From Blastocystis sp. subtype 4 (taxonomy: Eukaryota), in assembly GCF_000743755.1 (NCBI RefSeq), contig NW_014569536.1, forward strand, positions 62,001 through 96,677: a DNA stretch of 34,677 bases, given 5' to 3'. This document shows, in pieces, positions 32,311 through 34,677 of this stretch. Each line of letters starts with the position of its first letter. The stretch's first letter is position 1. The position numbers were made by a program, and so were the translations under genes. The notes under the pieces are model-generated. The model was not told the DNA's origin. It worked only from the letters and a program-made list of their open reading frames with translations, and ran no database searches.

Positions 32311-34528
32311 ATGGATATCGTAACCATTCTTTGTCTTCTCAACTGTAGCGACATGCAGTTGTATTGTGTTCTATTCTATCAAGAACAGATTTCTGCACTA
32401 AGATAATGTGTAGTTGTATCGTCTTTAACAATTGACATCGTCAATTCGAGGGCAGAATCATCGCTAGTTCATCTGTATATTGTTCCAACTGCCTCTTGCT
32501 ACTTGTGGTGTGCAGCAATGCCATACGGCGCCCCAGCACCTGCCGTAAATCTTCTCAAATGCATGACTCAGTTCCAACTTGAACCAACAACGAATGAGGT
32601 GATTGTAGACAATCTGCAGCCTGATACTGATTATTCTGTGTATTGCTATGCAGAGCTGATGGATTCCGAAGGAACTGCAATGACCACTGCAATTGGTGAT
32701 ACTCGAACTGACATTTCAACCTCGAATCGTGGTGTTCTGATTCTCTTTTGATTGTGTAGAGGATGATTATCATGCAGTGATTAGTTCTGAGATTGGTGCT
32801 ACAACGACTGTATTTCCTGTCTCTGTCACTATTCAGTTCTCGCAATCGACTCAAATCACACAATCTGATGTTGAGGTTACCAATGGCCAAATATCCGAAT
32901 TCAAGCAGCTTTCGACAACCGAGGTCTCCATGCAGATTATCCCTGATGCTGCTGGTGAGGTTGAAGTCACCCTTTCTGATTCCATCCAGTCGACTTCTGG
33001 ATCCATTCTCCGTTCTCCTCCAGTCTACACATTTGTTTACAAGGGAGTAACATTATCTTCTCCTTCCGTTCTTGCTTACTCTCGTTATGCCATTGCTACA
33101 GTAACAGCCAGCAAAACAGCAGACTTGTATTGTCTGATTCTACCTCGCTCTCTTGCGGTTACACCTAGCTATTCTGTTGTTACTACAACAGGTCTATCAA
33201 TGGCATCAACCAAAGATACCACTTATTCTCTGAATATTACAGCACTTTCGCCTACTACAGAGTACGTCCTTTATATTGCTGGAAGGGAACCTTTTGGACC
33301 AGAGATTGCCACACCAATTGCAGATACTCGAACCTCCTTCACTACTGTTAATGATGGAGACAAGCCATCAGAAGGAAAACAATGTCCTCGGGGATGGAAT
33401 CTGTCAGATGGTCTATTGCTGTTCACCCAATGCAGTGATCATGGAATTTGTGTTGATAGTCAATGTACTTGTTACTCTCCATATAGTGGAGAGAGTTGTA
33501 GTGTGATCCAAGGCGATAGTGTAGCTGTCAATGCAACACACAGCACACTTCATACTCGTTTCACTATAACAGGAGATCTGCCAGATTCGGAAGAGGATCA
33601 AGATGTTTTCCTTCAGACTACACTTCAGCTTGCAACAGCTGAAGTTTTGGATCTAACACCCAGTAGTGTTCAGATACGCTTGTGGGAGAAGACAAGTATG
33701 TCTGCTCAATCCACGATCTTACGTGGGATTAAGTATTCACACAAGGAAGTTCACAAGCAAGAGCTTCCACTCTTCCACAAGCGACTGCATCCACAAGAAC
33801 TCCCTCTCTTCCACAATCAGGTTCATCAACAAGAGCTTCCACTCTATAACAAGCGATTGCATCGACGTGGTATTCTCCCTTATCTTGACATGCAGCCTCA
33901 AGAGACAAATCAAGGAGGTCTTTATATTCATGTATGACATTGGCAATAAGTAACATGTAGATGACGATCAATATTCCGAAGGAACGATCAAAAGCTATCA
34001 TGGAGGATGTGACCCAGTTTTTGAAATCAACTGAATTAATTCGAGTGTTCCATGTATTGGACTTAACTGTCAGTGGTGTTGAAGTACGAACCTTGGATGC
34101 TTGTCAAAGATAGATTGACAAAGTACTTATTCAAGATAATAGTGATCCATTCACTTGCTACAACAATCGACTTGATGATGACGAAACTGATGTGGATTGT
34201 GGTGGTTCTTCATGTTCTTCTCGTTGCCCAGCGTCGGCAAAGTGCTCTTCAGATAGTGATTGTGATGATATGTCCTGTTTCAGAGGAAAATGCACGAATA
34301 TCAATTGGATGCGGATATTCTATATTGCTGGAATTGCTGTTGCTGTTATTGTCGTTATCGCAGTAGTATCTGTATGTGTAGCAGCGATTCGAAAGAAGAA
34401 AAATGTAGATATATTGAACATTACTCATTCTCTAGGCTCCAACGACGGTAACAGTTCCTTTGCCAACTCGTCAGGATTACCATGCCTCCTCTTATGCTAA
34501 ACGTCATCGTAGTCACTTGCACCATTGA
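32311..34528 (+). CDS. Type I membrane/surface protein: FN3/Ig-like domains, EGF domain, Cys-rich ETDVDCGG module, TM helix, short basic tail
   Basis: DNLQPDTDYSVYCYAE and ALSPTTEYVLYIAG (FN3-like), CSDHGICVDSQCTCYSPYSGESC (EGF), TM IFYIAGIAVAVIVVIAVVSVCVAAI followed by RKKK. Spliced frame ends at TGA 34526-34528, followed by TGTTTATT at 34531-34538. Confidence 0.8.
33752..33862 (+). repeat. Coding 36-bp tandem repeat x3 (HxQELPLFHKRL)
   Basis: HKQELPLFHKRL / HPQELPLFHNQV / HQQELPLYNKRL. Confidence 0.9.
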
Positions 34529-34677
34529 TATGTTTATTTGAAAACCCAAATAGTATATTAGTAAAAACAGATGAATTGAAGGGGTAAAATGACTAATCTC
34601 TAAAAATTGTAGGCTTATTATCAATCAAGGTGTATCAATTCGATTCTCTGCTTCACAATTCCAAGAGCAGAATTCTT

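Noticed and set aside
34540..34677. Possible start of another gene at the window end
   Set aside because: There is too little sequence to support a call.

Overview
Very gene-dense eukaryotic nuclear DNA, almost certainly from Blastocystis (anaerobic gut stramenopile). This is inferred from dozens of 27-36 nt GT-AG introns, intergenic gaps of tens of bases, and a TGTTTGTT element placed about 4 nt after the inferred poly(A) site at most gene ends. The ORF track fragments nearly every gene, so I spliced models by hand. In order: SF3B5 (partial), a Ufd2/UBE4-type U-box ligase with two inserted ZZ fingers, a MORN+LRR protein, a Ubl+STI1-like protein, organellar EF-Ts, a GNPTG-like MRH protein, an ABHD17-like hydrolase, an unknown repeat protein, Tom70, a CTDNEP1/SCP-type phosphatase, a TPR-thioredoxin, NAF1, a catalytically degenerate tail-anchored sulfatase, SWS1/ZSWIM7 (missed by the ORF track), a trunk-only AP-1/2 beta adaptin with an acidic tail, tRNA-Asp(GTC), a FANCM/Mph1 helicase apparently fused to NZF, UBZ-like and PZP reader modules, a head-to-head nitroreductase pair, and an EGF/Ig-like type I membrane protein. 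Three genes appear to need polyadenylation to create their stop codon, one of them a UGA. All product calls come from motif recognition by eye; no database searches were run.
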